Shown here: piece by piece, positions 9,364 to 20,346 of the stretch
How positions within the stretch are numbered: the stretch's first letter is position 1
How the letters are laid out: every line of letters begins with the position of its first letter
Assembly: GCA_964421085.1 (NCBI GenBank)
Contig: CAYQVO010000007.1
Coordinates: 20,284-62,545 of the forward strand
Direction of reading: 5' to 3'
Length of the DNA stretch: 42,262 nucleotides
From: an uncultured Bdellovibrionales bacterium
GTDB lineage: Bacteria > Bdellovibrionota_C > UBA2361 > CAYQVO01
Position numbers and translations under genes: made by a program
The notes under the pieces: generated by a model
Database searches by the model: none
What the model was told of the DNA's origin: nothing
The model's input: the letters and a program-made list of their open reading frames with translations, nothing else

Positions 9364-10095
9364 ATGAAAGGAGTCATTCTGGCTGGCGGGCTTGGCAGCA
9401 GGCTTCGTCCCTGTACTCTTGTCACAAACAAGCATCTTCTGCCTGTCTATGACATCCCGATGATTTTTTATCCCCTTAAAACTCTCATTAATGCCGGGAT
9501 CCGGGACATCATGATCGTGACCGGCGGCCAGTTTGCCGGGGACTTCCTTCGCCTTCTTGGAAACGGCAGGGAATTCGGACTCAAGCACATCAACTACACA
9601 TATCAGGAAGGAGAGGGAGGAATAGCCGAAGCCCTGTCCCTGTGCGAATATTTTGCCGCGAAAGACTCGATCTGTGTCGTGCTTGGCGACAACATAATCG
9701 AGAGAAACATCACGCGGATGGTCGAGAGATTCCGCGAGAAGAACGAACAGGGCGCCATGGTGCTGCTCAAGGAAGTCGAGGATCCCCATCGATTCGGCGT
9801 GGCGGAAATCGCGGACGGAAAGATCACGAAAATTACGGAGAAACCAAAACAGCCGGCCACGAACCTGGCGGTAACGGGCATTTACATGTACGACAACCGG
9901 GTTTTCGAATACATCAGAGGACTCACGAGATCCGATCGCGGCGAACTCGAAATCACCGATGTCAACAACGAATACATCCGGGCCGGAAACATGATTTACG
10001 ATGTTCTTGAAGGCTGGTGGACGGACGCAGGCACATTCGCATCTCTGCACCGTGCGAGCAACCTCGTCGCCGAAACCGGCGCGAATAATTTATGA
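9364..10095 (+). CDS. rmlA: glucose-1-phosphate thymidylyltransferase (short, SpsI-like)
   Basis: GVILAGGLGSRL, NKHLLPVYD, LGDN, EKP, RGELEITD, WTDAGT motifs. Confidence 0.92.
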   Translation: MKGVILAGGLGSRLRPCTLVTNKHLLPVYDIPMIFYPLKTLINAGIRDIMIVTGGQFAGDFLRLLGNGREFGLKHINYTYQEGEGGIAEALSLCEYFAAKDSICVVLGDNIIERNITRMVERFREKNEQGAMVLLKEVEDPHRFGVAEIADGKITKITEKPKQPATNLAVTGIYMYDNRVFEYIRGLTRSDRGELEITDVNNEYIRAGNMIYDVLEGWWTDAGTFASLHRASNLVAETGANNL

Positions 10096-10102
10096 TGAAG
10101 AG

Positions 10103-11128
10103 ATGAAAGCACTCATTACCGGCGGCGCCGGATTCATAGGAAGCAATCTGGTGCACTATCTGTCGAGAGTGAGGCCTGACTGGGAGCTTCATGTCCTCGA
10201 TCTGCTGACGTATGCGGGAAACCTGGAGAATATAGCGGCTCTTCTTGAGGAAAAGAAGGCGAAGTTTCACAGGATTGACATCTGCGACCCGCAGAGTACA
10301 GACACGCTTTTTTCCTCAGAGAAGTTCGATCTCGTTTTTCACCTCGCCGCCGAAAGTCACGTCGACCGCTCGATTCACGGCGCAGAGGCTTTTGTGCGGA
10401 CGAATGTTCTCGGAACGCAGACCCTGCTTGATGCAGCGCATGCGTGTTCGGTTAAAAGATTCGTGCATATATCGACTGACGAGGTATATGGTTCTCTTGG
10501 TCCGACAGGACGCTTTTCAGAACTGACTCCTCTCGACCCCACAAGCCCCTATTCCGCTTCCAAAGCGGCGTCGGACCTTATGGTATTCGCGTTCTTCAAG
10601 ACTCACGGTCTCGACGCGGTAGTGACAAGATGCACAAATAATTACGGCCCGTATCAGTTCCCTGAAAAGCTCATCCCTCTCTTCGTCACCAATGCCATGC
10701 AGGATGAGAGCCTCCCTCTTTACGGAGACGGGATGAACGTGAGGAGCTGGATATTCGTCGAAGATCACTGCGAGGCTCTTCTGCTCGCTGCGGAAAAAGG
10801 AGAGGCGGGCGAGGCGTATAATGTGGGAGGCTCGGAGGAGGCTGAACTGCCGAACAGGGAAGTCACAGCCGCCATCCTGAGGATACTTGGGAAGCCCGAA
10901 TCACTCATAAAGAAAGTTGCCGACAGGCCTGCGCACGACCGCCGCTATGCAGTGGATTATTCGAAGATTAACAGATCGCTCGGATGGGCGCCGAGAACTC
11001 CGTTCGACGAAGGAATCCGGAAGACCATCGACTGGTATGTGCAGAACCGCCGGTGGTGGGAGCGGGTGAAAACCGGCGCCTACCGGGAATTCTACGAGAA
11101 AAACTACGGGAATCGCGCCGCGTCATGA
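10103..11128 (+). CDS. rmlB: dTDP-glucose 4,6-dehydratase
   Basis: TGGAGFIGSN, LTYAGN, AAESHVDRSI, STDEVYG, YSASK, NNYGPYQFPEK, HDRRY motifs. Confidence 0.96.
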   Translation: MKALITGGAGFIGSNLVHYLSRVRPDWELHVLDLLTYAGNLENIAALLEEKKAKFHRIDICDPQSTDTLFSSEKFDLVFHLAAESHVDRSIHGAEAFVRTNVLGTQTLLDAAHACSVKRFVHISTDEVYGSLGPTGRFSELTPLDPTSPYSASKAASDLMVFAFFKTHGLDAVVTRCTNNYGPYQFPEKLIPLFVTNAMQDESLPLYGDGMNVRSWIFVEDHCEALLLAAEKGEAGEAYNVGGSEEAELPNREVTAAILRILGKPESLIKKVADRPAHDRRYAVDYSKINRSLGWAPRTPFDEGIRKTIDWYVQNRRWWERVKTGAYREFYEKNYGNRAAS

Positions 11129-12006
11129 AGATTATTCTTTTTGGAGGAGACGGCCAGCTCGGCCTGGAAATTCAGAAACGCGCCGAAGCGTTCGGGGCAT
11201 CTATTGCTGCTCCCCCCGAAGCGGATCTCGATATCTGCAGCCCCGAATCGGTGGACGGTCTTCTGGGAAGCTGCAGGCCTGACTGGGTAATAAACGCAGC
11301 CGCTTTTACTGCAGTTGATAAAGCCGAAGAACTCGTGGAAAAAACGTTTCGGATCAACAGGGATGGCGCAGGAATTACGGCGGAAGCTGCCCGCAGACAT
11401 AACGCGCGGCTGATTCACATCTCGACAGATTACGTGTTCGACGGAGAGGGCGGCACGCCGCTTTCTGAAGAGTCGCCCGTGAATCCTCTCAGTGTATATG
11501 GAAAATCGAAACTTGCGGGTGAACAGGAAGTCTTAAGGGCGCATGGCGAAGGAGCTGTGATTGTCCGGACATCGTCTCTCCACGGGCAGTATGGAGTGAA
11601 CTTCGTTCACACGATGCTTCAGCTTTTCCGGGAAAAAGAGAAAATCAAAGTTGTAAACGACCAGTTCATGTCTCCGACCTGGGCCGGATGGCTCGCCGAG
11701 GTCCTTCTCGAACTTTGTTCGAAGAAAGACGCTGCAGGAATAGTGCATGCATCCTGCGCCGGGGGATTGTCCTGGTATGAGTTCGCATGCGCAATAAAGG
11801 CGCTTACGACAGGACAACCGGGCGGCGCTTTCGACACGGTTATCGAGCCTGTTCCTGCGAGTGAATTCCCGAGGCCTGCCCGCAGGCCTGCTTATTCCGT
11901 GTTTGACTGTTCGCGTCTCACGTCTATCCTTGGAAGGCCTCCGGTTCCATGGTTAAATGGGCTTAAATGTCATTTACGGGACATTGGTTATCAGATTCAG
12001 GAATAA
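11125..12006 (+). CDS. rmlD: dTDP-4-dehydrorhamnose reductase
   Basis: GGDGQLG, NAAAFTAVDKAE, STDYVFDG, YGKSK, DQFMSPT, RPAYS motifs. Confidence 0.95.
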   Translation: MKIILFGGDGQLGLEIQKRAEAFGASIAAPPEADLDICSPESVDGLLGSCRPDWVINAAAFTAVDKAEELVEKTFRINRDGAGITAEAARRHNARLIHISTDYVFDGEGGTPLSEESPVNPLSVYGKSKLAGEQEVLRAHGEGAVIVRTSSLHGQYGVNFVHTMLQLFREKEKIKVVNDQFMSPTWAGWLAEVLLELCSKKDAAGIVHASCAGGLSWYEFACAIKALTTGQPGGAFDTVIEPVPASEFPRPARRPAYSVFDCSRLTSILGRPPVPWLNGLKCHLRDIGYQIQE

Positions 12007-12008
12007 AG

Positions 12009-14073
<2,065 letters not shown>

Positions 14074-14075
14074 AG

Positions 14076-15005
14076 ATGCGCGTTCTTATCACCGGAGCAG
14101 GCGGTTTTGTCGGCCGCTATCTTGTTCGGCATCTCCTTGAGTGCCGTGACGAGGTGCTTGCGACGGATCTCAATGCGAATACCTCGCCGGCGGAATGTCC
14201 CGTGGAGGAACTCGATGTATGTTCTCCCGACAGCGTCGCAGGGATCCTGAACAGTTTCAAGCCCGACGTTATTTACCACCTTGCCGGATTGACATTCGTT
14301 CCCGAAGCAGAAGCGAATTTCGAAGCTGCTCTTAAGGCCAATGTACTTGGAACAAACTCGATATTCAGGATGGCATACCTGATCGAGCGCCCCTGCACGA
14401 TCGTCTTTGTCAGTTCCGCGGGAGTATACGGGAAAGTCGACCCGAAGGATCTGCCCGTTACTGAGGAAACGCCCGTCGCACCCACCGACAATTACAGTCT
14501 TTCCAAGGCTTTTGCCGAGCTTGTGGCGAACCGTTATGCGCGACGGAAAAGTCCCCGGTGCGTGATTGTGCGACCGTTCAACCATATCGGACCCGGACAA
14601 GGATCCAGATTCGTCGCATCGGCCTTTGCTTTGCAGCTTGCCCGGATTGCAAAAGGAAAGGCGCCACCGGCGGTGAAAGTGGGCAATCTCGAAGCGCAGA
14701 GAGACTTCTCCGATGTAAGAGACATCGTGCGCGCGTACCGCATGTCGGCCGAGCGCGGAAGCGGAATCTACAATCTGTGCTCCGGAAGGCCTGTCGCAAT
14801 CCGCACCATCCTCGACCAGCTCATTGAAGTGTCTGGACTCGATGTCGAGGTGGTTCAGGATCCTGAAAGAATGAGAGGGCCCGAAGTTCCGGTACTGTAC
14901 GGTTCGTTCGAAAAATCTCAAAGAGAGCTTGGATGGAGGCCCGAGTATGCTCTGCAGGATACACTCAGGGATCTATACAGATACTGGCTGGAGAAAGATG
15001 AGTAG
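14076..15005 (+). CDS. rmd: GDP-4-keto-6-deoxy-D-mannose reductase (GDP-D-rhamnose synthesis), SDR family
   Basis: TGAGGFVG, YSLSK, RPFNHIGPGQ, VGNLEAQRDFSDVRDIVRAY typical of Rmd; adjacent to gmd. Confidence 0.8.
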   Translation: MRVLITGAGGFVGRYLVRHLLECRDEVLATDLNANTSPAECPVEELDVCSPDSVAGILNSFKPDVIYHLAGLTFVPEAEANFEAALKANVLGTNSIFRMAYLIERPCTIVFVSSAGVYGKVDPKDLPVTEETPVAPTDNYSLSKAFAELVANRYARRKSPRCVIVRPFNHIGPGQGSRFVASAFALQLARIAKGKAPPAVKVGNLEAQRDFSDVRDIVRAYRMSAERGSGIYNLCSGRPVAIRTILDQLIEVSGLDVEVVQDPERMRGPEVPVLYGSFEKSQRELGWRPEYALQDTLRDLYRYWLEKDE

Positions 15006-15046
15006 TACCGCGACTATTATGGCGAAAAAACTCATCGGATGCGGCG

Positions 15047-15976
15047 CTACCTTCCCCCCGCTCTCAGAGCATCCAGGCCTTCCTTCGTAAGCCGTACTTT
15101 ATTCTTGAGAAGATAGGAAGGAATGACCAGAGTATCTCCGACGGTCAACGGCTGCTTCGAAGAGATTCCGCTCACGCGGGCCACCTTTCCCGCGTTCCAT
15201 GCGTCGTACGTATACCATCTCGCAATGAGAGCCAGATCTTCTTCAGGATATGTCACATAGTGAACGAGGTCGCCTTTCGGGGTAAGTTCCCCCGTTGCCC
15301 GGGCGCCGCCGGCTGTCACCTCCTCGACAATCCGCTGATCGGCATTCTTTGTCGGTGCGGCCGTCTTCACCTTTACAGGGGCGGGCGATGGCTTCTGTGG
15401 CGGGAGCAGCGGAAACTCTTCAGGAGCCTTCTCGATGGGGATTCCGTCCGGCTGTCCCGCGAGTTCGGGATAATACTCGGGTTCCGACACCTTTGTTTTT
15501 TCAGGTTTCGCAGGCTGCGGTTTTGATCTGACAGGTGCCGGCGGAGTTGTCGGCTGGAGTTTCTCCTGCGTGGAAAGCTGGACCTGAGTCAATGGCCTCA
15601 GCTTCGCCAGCATTTCATCATCGATCTGAAAAGGACCCTCGATGAGCCATGATTCACTGTCCTGTTCCAGCCTGTAGTGCTCTCCATTCTCGGGGTAATA
15701 GAAAAACATGGTCGGAACGGACAGAAACTCCTGCCTGACCTCGAGCACGGTAGGAGCGCCGCGGTGCTGCACAAACCCTCTCACGTCCGAACTATCATCC
15801 ATGACTTTCTGCAGCATCATGTTCGATGATAGGTAAGGATTGTCCGCGCTGAGAGTAATCGGGCCTCTGTTCTTGAGCCTCTCTACCACCGGATTGGTGG
15901 CCACACGGCTGAGACTGCTGCAGCTTATACTGGAGAGGATAAGCGCTGTTGTTAACACATACTTCACGGCGGACAT
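15047..15976 (-). CDS. lipoprotein with Pro-rich linker and C-terminal LysM-like domain
   Basis: LSSISC lipobox; PAP/PEK-rich middle; C-terminal HYVTYPEEDLALIARWYT...LTVGDTLVIP resembles LysM. Confidence 0.7.
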   Translation of the reverse strand: MSAVKYVLTTALILSSISCSSLSRVATNPVVERLKNRGPITLSADNPYLSSNMMLQKVMDDSSDVRGFVQHRGAPTVLEVRQEFLSVPTMFFYYPENGEHYRLEQDSESWLIEGPFQIDDEMLAKLRPLTQVQLSTQEKLQPTTPPAPVRSKPQPAKPEKTKVSEPEYYPELAGQPDGIPIEKAPEEFPLLPPQKPSPAPVKVKTAAPTKNADQRIVEEVTAGGARATGELTPKGDLVHYVTYPEEDLALIARWYTYDAWNAGKVARVSGISSKQPLTVGDTLVIPSYLLKNKVRLTKEGLDALRAGGR

Positions 15977-16029
15977 ATCTGCATTTTCAGCGCTTTCAAT
16001 ACTGCAGGCAATACCAAAATCAAACGAAA

Positions 16030-16587
16030 TTACCCTTCTGTGCCGGGGAGTGAGGATGGAATTCCAAAAAAGTAAGCATTAGAGCATGGCGGCGCCTTTC
16101 GGGATTCTGCAGCCGTGCTCCTCACAGCCCGCACAAGCTGGAAAAGCTTTTCAGCGAGGGCCCCCTGTCTGCTGCTTACGCTGTCGAAGGATCCCTTCAC
16201 ATCGAGGGAGGTGTCCCCGGAGATGTTGAGTGAGAATTTCCCCGGGTCGGAAAAGGCTGAATTGTCTCCGGCCGGGGGGAGTGTCTCATTTTTATCGGTT
16301 TTGTATGAGAGAATATCCGCCACTTTCGCGGCCAGGTCTTCGTATGCTTCCGCCGGCAGCGTCAAAACGTCCTGCTGATCGATATTTGGGGTCGACCGCC
16401 GGATTGTTCCGCATTCATAGTAAAGGAGGGGAGGGGTAAGCTTATAGTGCTCGAACTCTGTGCCTGACAGAGAAGTCCGGCTGTATATGATCTCTGCTGA
16501 ATCAACCCGGGGCACAATCGGGGAACCGGTTTTGACCGGAGAACAGCTTAAAAGAAAGGTGAGGAACACAGCAAAGGCTTTTTTCAT
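16030..16587 (-). CDS. hypothetical lipoprotein
   Basis: MKKAFAVFLTFLLSC lipobox; GGAG RBS upstream. Confidence 0.7.
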   Translation of the reverse strand: MKKAFAVFLTFLLSCSPVKTGSPIVPRVDSAEIIYSRTSLSGTEFEHYKLTPPLLYYECGTIRRSTPNIDQQDVLTLPAEAYEDLAAKVADILSYKTDKNETLPPAGDNSAFSDPGKFSLNISGDTSLDVKGSFDSVSSRQGALAEKLFQLVRAVRSTAAESRKAPPCSNAYFFGIPSSLPGTEG

Positions 16588-16711
16588 TCTACTCCTCCCG
16601 GGGAACGGCCTGGCTGATGCAGGGCCGCCCGAGAACTCTAACGGCGACAACAGGCTGTGTCAAAGGAGGCTGAAAAATGATAAACTTCAAGCTCAGTTTT
16701 AAGCTGAACCT

Positions 16712-17809
16712 ATGAACGATCTGAACCCCAGGAAAACCGTCGATGGATCGCTGCCTGAGCAGGGACCATCAGTTGATTTCCGTGCCGATCCCGATGTTTC
16801 TATTCACCTTGACAGGGACGAGTTTGTCCAGCAGGAAGGGCAGAGTGCGGAGGTGAAATCCCCGGCAGGTCTCGAGGCTGTTCTGCAGGCCTTTGATATT
16901 TCCGGTTCGAATGAATTCATGCGAAACCTTCGTCAGCATGTGCTCGAAGCCGAAGACCAGAAGAGACAGCATCATGCTCAGACGCTTCTTGCCGGAGAGA
17001 TCTTTGAGAAAGTGGAGGTAGTGCTGCGATCCGTTGACGTGGATCTTGCCGGCACGCCCGAGACCTCTATCCTGCAGCATCTGCGGGGTGCGATCGGCGA
17101 AGTACTGCAGGGAGTCGCGCCGGTTCTCAAGTCGGGCCGGGAAATATCACCGGCCGAGGCCGAGAGAATTATCCAGTCGGCAGGTCTGCTTCGGAAACTT
17201 CTGAATCAGGCGTTATCGCAGCTGTGTATATCACAGCAGTTGACGACACCGCAGCGGGATCTCTTCTCTTCGCTTGAAGCGTGGCTCCGTGAGATCGGGG
17301 AACCCGAGGCGTATATCCGTCGTAAAAAACGTCCTCGCCGCAAGGGGAAAAAGATTGAAAAAGAGCCCCTCATCCTGCGTCTGTTGAAAGGCGTCGTGAC
17401 TGTGCTCAAGGTGCTGGTTACGGGGTCTGACTCTGCACCGGAGAAGAGTCGGGAGAGGATTTCCCCCGCGACAAAACCTGAACCGGAAGCGGCAGACCGC
17501 CTGGAAAGAGTTCCTTCAGCAGAGAGAAGAGAACAGATACCGGAAGATTCGAGCGCGATGTTTGTGCATGTTCTTCGAGGACGTGTATACAGCCGTAAAG
17601 ACAGGTCGGGAATCGAGGGCGTCCATATCGCAGGCGGCGCTCTTGGCGATCAGATTACGGACAGAGCAGGGGAATTCTTCTTTACAGACGTCGCTCACGG
17701 GTTCAGTTTCGTAATCGGGCCGCACCGGGACGGCATGACATTTTCTCCGCCTGTGGTGTCAGGGATCGCTCTTGATTCGATGGAGATCGAGTTCGAGGCG
17801 ATTGACTGA
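16712..17809 (+). CDS. hypothetical protein with C-terminal carboxypeptidase-regulatory-like beta-sandwich
   Basis: 365-aa ORF; C-terminal LRGRVY..GIEGVHI...TDRAGEFFF...FSP pattern; internal RRKKRPRRKGKK basic patch. Confidence 0.65.
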   Translation: MNDLNPRKTVDGSLPEQGPSVDFRADPDVSIHLDRDEFVQQEGQSAEVKSPAGLEAVLQAFDISGSNEFMRNLRQHVLEAEDQKRQHHAQTLLAGEIFEKVEVVLRSVDVDLAGTPETSILQHLRGAIGEVLQGVAPVLKSGREISPAEAERIIQSAGLLRKLLNQALSQLCISQQLTTPQRDLFSSLEAWLREIGEPEAYIRRKKRPRRKGKKIEKEPLILRLLKGVVTVLKVLVTGSDSAPEKSRERISPATKPEPEAADRLERVPSAERREQIPEDSSAMFVHVLRGRVYSRKDRSGIEGVHIAGGALGDQITDRAGEFFFTDVAHGFSFVIGPHRDGMTFSPPVVSGIALDSMEIEFEAID

Positions 17810-17817
17810 CTGCCGGG

Positions 17818-18537
17818 CTAAAAAAGCTCCCCTCTGATCTTCATTCCTGTGAAAATTTCGGCCACGGCAACCGAAATCTCGAAAAGCGTCCTGAAAAGAT
17901 TGAGTAATCCCCTCCCGCCGTCTGACACCCAGGCTGCAAGAATAAAAAATATTGCGAGTGTCACCGCGATTACATACAGAAAACCCGCCCTGTAACCTCC
18001 CCGGATCTGTTTGAAATCCGTCTGATACGGGCCGACTGAGCGGGTGTTAAGGAAGAGGTCTGTGCCGTATCCCATGCCCGTAATGCATGCCGCGAGATAG
18101 TGCTGCGTCTTCCAGCCGATTAGGGAGAGTGCCAGACCGAGCAGGGTAAAAAGCGGGAAGAAATAGGGCGCGAGCGCTATGAAAGCGTTATATGGCGCGG
18201 TTTCTTTAGTATACTCATACTCGAAGAATCCATCGTCTTTTCCGACTTTCATTTTCTTCGGCTTGTTGCCAAGAAGACCCGAAAGAACTTTGTGGTTCAG
18301 TTCGTGCAGGAAGACTGCGAGCCTTCCGGCGATGAGCACTGATGCAGCAGTCCAGCCGACGAGGCTTCCGATGAGGAAGAAAAACCAGTTCTCCAGCGCG
18401 CTGGGACCGGAAAATATTGTCGGGGTCAGAAGGCATATGAAAACAGCATCGAGGATCAGCAGAAAAAAGAGCGAAGTGAAAAAGACGAGGCCGCCTGTCT
18501 TTTCGAGTTTCTCCTCTTTCTTTTTCTTCCGGAACAT
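17818..18537 (-). CDS. M50B-like membrane metallopeptidase
   Basis: Multiple TM helices; HELNH (HExxH) next to a TM segment, APYFFP, TDF. Confidence 0.75.
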   Translation of the reverse strand: MFRKKKKEEKLEKTGGLVFFTSLFFLLILDAVFICLLTPTIFSGPSALENWFFFLIGSLVGWTAASVLIAGRLAVFLHELNHKVLSGLLGNKPKKMKVGKDDGFFEYEYTKETAPYNAFIALAPYFFPLFTLLGLALSLIGWKTQHYLAACITGMGYGTDLFLNTRSVGPYQTDFKQIRGGYRAGFLYVIAVTLAIFFILAAWVSDGGRGLLNLFRTLFEISVAVAEIFTGMKIRGELF

Positions 18538-18658
18538 GAGATCGAACCCGCGACTTTGCCCCCATAAGGATCAGCCTGCCGGATTATATTATTGCGCTTT
18601 ACCTGGTGAACGCTATAGTAGATCTCCTCATCTGAAAAAGCGGATGAGCAGCCGCGGC

Positions 18659-18811
18659 CTATTGAGCAAGAAAGAGAGCTTTTGCCAGGTCTGCGTTGCT
18701 GATCCGGTATTTGCCCTTCGCTATTTTGGTTTTCAGATTCGCTATTTTTTTATGCCTGACATTCGTCAACTGCCGGGCCATTTTCCGGGAAGCTTTCTTC
18801 GGGTCCATCAT
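18659..18811 (-). CDS. small FlgM-like anti-sigma-28 protein (C-terminal domain only, 50 aa)
   Basis: Not in the ORF track; my translation MMDPKKASRKMARQLTNVRHKKIANLKTKIAKGKYRISNADLAKALFLAQ* matches the FlgM R.xK(I/V)xxLKxxIxxGxYx(I/V)xxxx(L/I)A pattern; TAAGGT RBS 8 nt upstream. Confidence 0.75.
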   Translation of the reverse strand: MMDPKKASRKMARQLTNVRHKKIANLKTKIAKGKYRISNADLAKALFLAQ

Positions 18812-18924
18812 ACACAGATACCTTAAAGCTCAGCACTGCTTCATGATTTCCGTTCCAAAGCATAGTGGGGGAATTCAGGCCTTCAAGAGTCCATTTGAGG
18901 CGGGGTTTTCTCGCTTGTGTATAC

Positions 18925-18952
18925 AACTCGGCATGGGAAGCAGGCTGCTTTA
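18925..18952 (-). promoter_or_regulatory. putative sigma28 (FliA/SigD)-type promoter upstream of the FlgM-like gene
   Basis: Minus strand TAAAG-N15-GCCGAGTT, close to the TAAA-N15/16-GCCGATAA consensus. Confidence 0.55.
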
Positions 18953-19058
18953 GACTGGGAGTCTAATTAGCCCGGGGTTTTCAATATTACGACAATCTCG
19001 CACAGGTGATTCGCGCGCCCCGCAACAGCATCATCCCGTGAAGGGCCGATATCAGAAA

Positions 19059-20240
19059 TTATTGTGTCAGCGCAGTCAGTGCCGGAAGTCTTCTTCCTTC
19101 GACGAGGGCGCAGAAAGATTCGCCGCTTGAACTAATCAGATCAAACTTGTGAGCAAGTTCCATTGCCGCGACGTTTTTCTCCACGCTTTCACCGCAGGCG
19201 ACTTTAGTTCCCGGGGAGGCAGCTACTGCCTCGACGAGGTCCTGCGTGCCCTTTGCAAACTCTTCGTTCTCCGACGCGCCAAGACTCCCGCACCAGAAGA
19301 TCGTGTCTGAGTACCGTATAACCTCCTGGAAAAGAGCAATGCTCGCAGGACCAATATCAAGCGCCATCGTATCCGCGGGAATCTCCAGAGAGGGAACGGC
19401 CCTGGCCAACCCGACGGAGGATGCAGAAGGGGCGACCAGAAAATCGACCGGAAGGTAAACCTTGGTATCTCTTCTTGCGAGCATACCCAGAGCTTCAAGC
19501 GCCCGCGGCATCATGTCTTTCTCAAAAACTGCTCTCCCGACCTGAAGGCCCTGCGCGGCGAGGAATGTGTGCGCAACGCCGCCGCCTATGATGAGCTTGT
19601 CCACCTTCTGGCTCAGGCTCATTATGAGATCGAGCCTCGATGAAAACCGAAGACCGGCAACGATGCCAAGAAGCGGACGCTGCGGAAGAGCGAAACACTT
19701 TTCGAAGCCCTTAAGTTCATTCTCAATGACCAGGCCTGCAGCCTTCCTTCGAAAAAGAGCGGGAAGGCTCACTGTTGACGCCGTCCGCGAAGCAGCCGAT
19801 ACAAAAGCGTCAAAGATATAGACATCGGCAAGGCGCGCAAGGAACGCAGCCAGCGCGGGATCGTTGTTTTCTTCTCCAGGATAAAGAGAAAGATTCTCGA
19901 GAAGCACAATCTGGCCGGGGGCAAGTTTTTTCAACGCTTCTTCCGTATCCTTTGTGAAGGGTTCCGGACAGAATGAAATATCGGTTCCCAGCGCTGTCGA
20001 GAGCCTTCGAACTACGGGCGCGTAGGACGAGGGTCCGCCGTTCTGATTCTGGGAAGTTGATCCCGCGAGGATGACCGAGCCTCCGCGCTTCAGTACCGCC
20101 TGCGCAGAGGACAATGAATTTCTTATTCGCGCGGTGTCGCCATTCTCCCGCCCTGGTTCACTCAGAGGCGGAATATCGACTCTTAAAAGAACACGTTTGC
20201 CTTCGACAGCAACATCTCTGACGTATTCAAGCTTTTCCAT
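19059..20240 (-). CDS. phosphoglycerate kinase-like protein with degenerate active-site motifs
   Basis: Full-length PGK fold (GKRVLLRVD, LLENL, DAF, IGGG, PVDF, DIGP), but DFNVP, HLGRP, GGAKVSDK, WNGPMG, GGGDT and STGGGA are all substituted. Confidence 0.85.
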   Translation of the reverse strand: MEKLEYVRDVAVEGKRVLLRVDIPPLSEPGRENGDTARIRNSLSSAQAVLKRGGSVILAGSTSQNQNGGPSSYAPVVRRLSTALGTDISFCPEPFTKDTEEALKKLAPGQIVLLENLSLYPGEENNDPALAAFLARLADVYIFDAFVSAASRTASTVSLPALFRRKAAGLVIENELKGFEKCFALPQRPLLGIVAGLRFSSRLDLIMSLSQKVDKLIIGGGVAHTFLAAQGLQVGRAVFEKDMMPRALEALGMLARRDTKVYLPVDFLVAPSASSVGLARAVPSLEIPADTMALDIGPASIALFQEVIRYSDTIFWCGSLGASENEEFAKGTQDLVEAVAASPGTKVACGESVEKNVAAMELAHKFDLISSSGESFCALVEGRRLPALTALTQ

Positions 20241-20268
20241 TACAACTCCAAAATAAGTGGCGGAGCTT

Positions 20269-20296
20269 AGTGTATTAGATCCCTGTCATAGTGCAA
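20269..20296 (-). promoter_or_regulatory. putative sigma70 promoter of the pgk-like gene
   Basis: Minus strand TTGCAC-N16-TACACT, followed by a GGAG RBS before ATG 20240. Confidence 0.4.
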
Positions 20297-20346
20297 TAGG
20301 AACATTCGGAATCGCGGTCACGCCATTACGATGATCACAGGGACGC

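Noticed and set aside
18627-18648. Hairpin after the FlgM-like gene as a terminator
   Set aside because: The stem has a mismatch on the coding strand and there is no U-tract.
18812-18844. In-frame ATG AAG CAG TGC TGA upstream of the FlgM-like ORF, as possible Sec/UGA read-through
   Set aside because: No recognisable SECIS hairpin, and a good RBS precedes ATG 18811, so read-through is unnecessary.
18696-18953. 85-aa plus-strand ORF, and 18179-18826 (+)
   Set aside because: Antisense to the FlgM-like and M50B genes; the minus-strand readings have motifs and an RBS.
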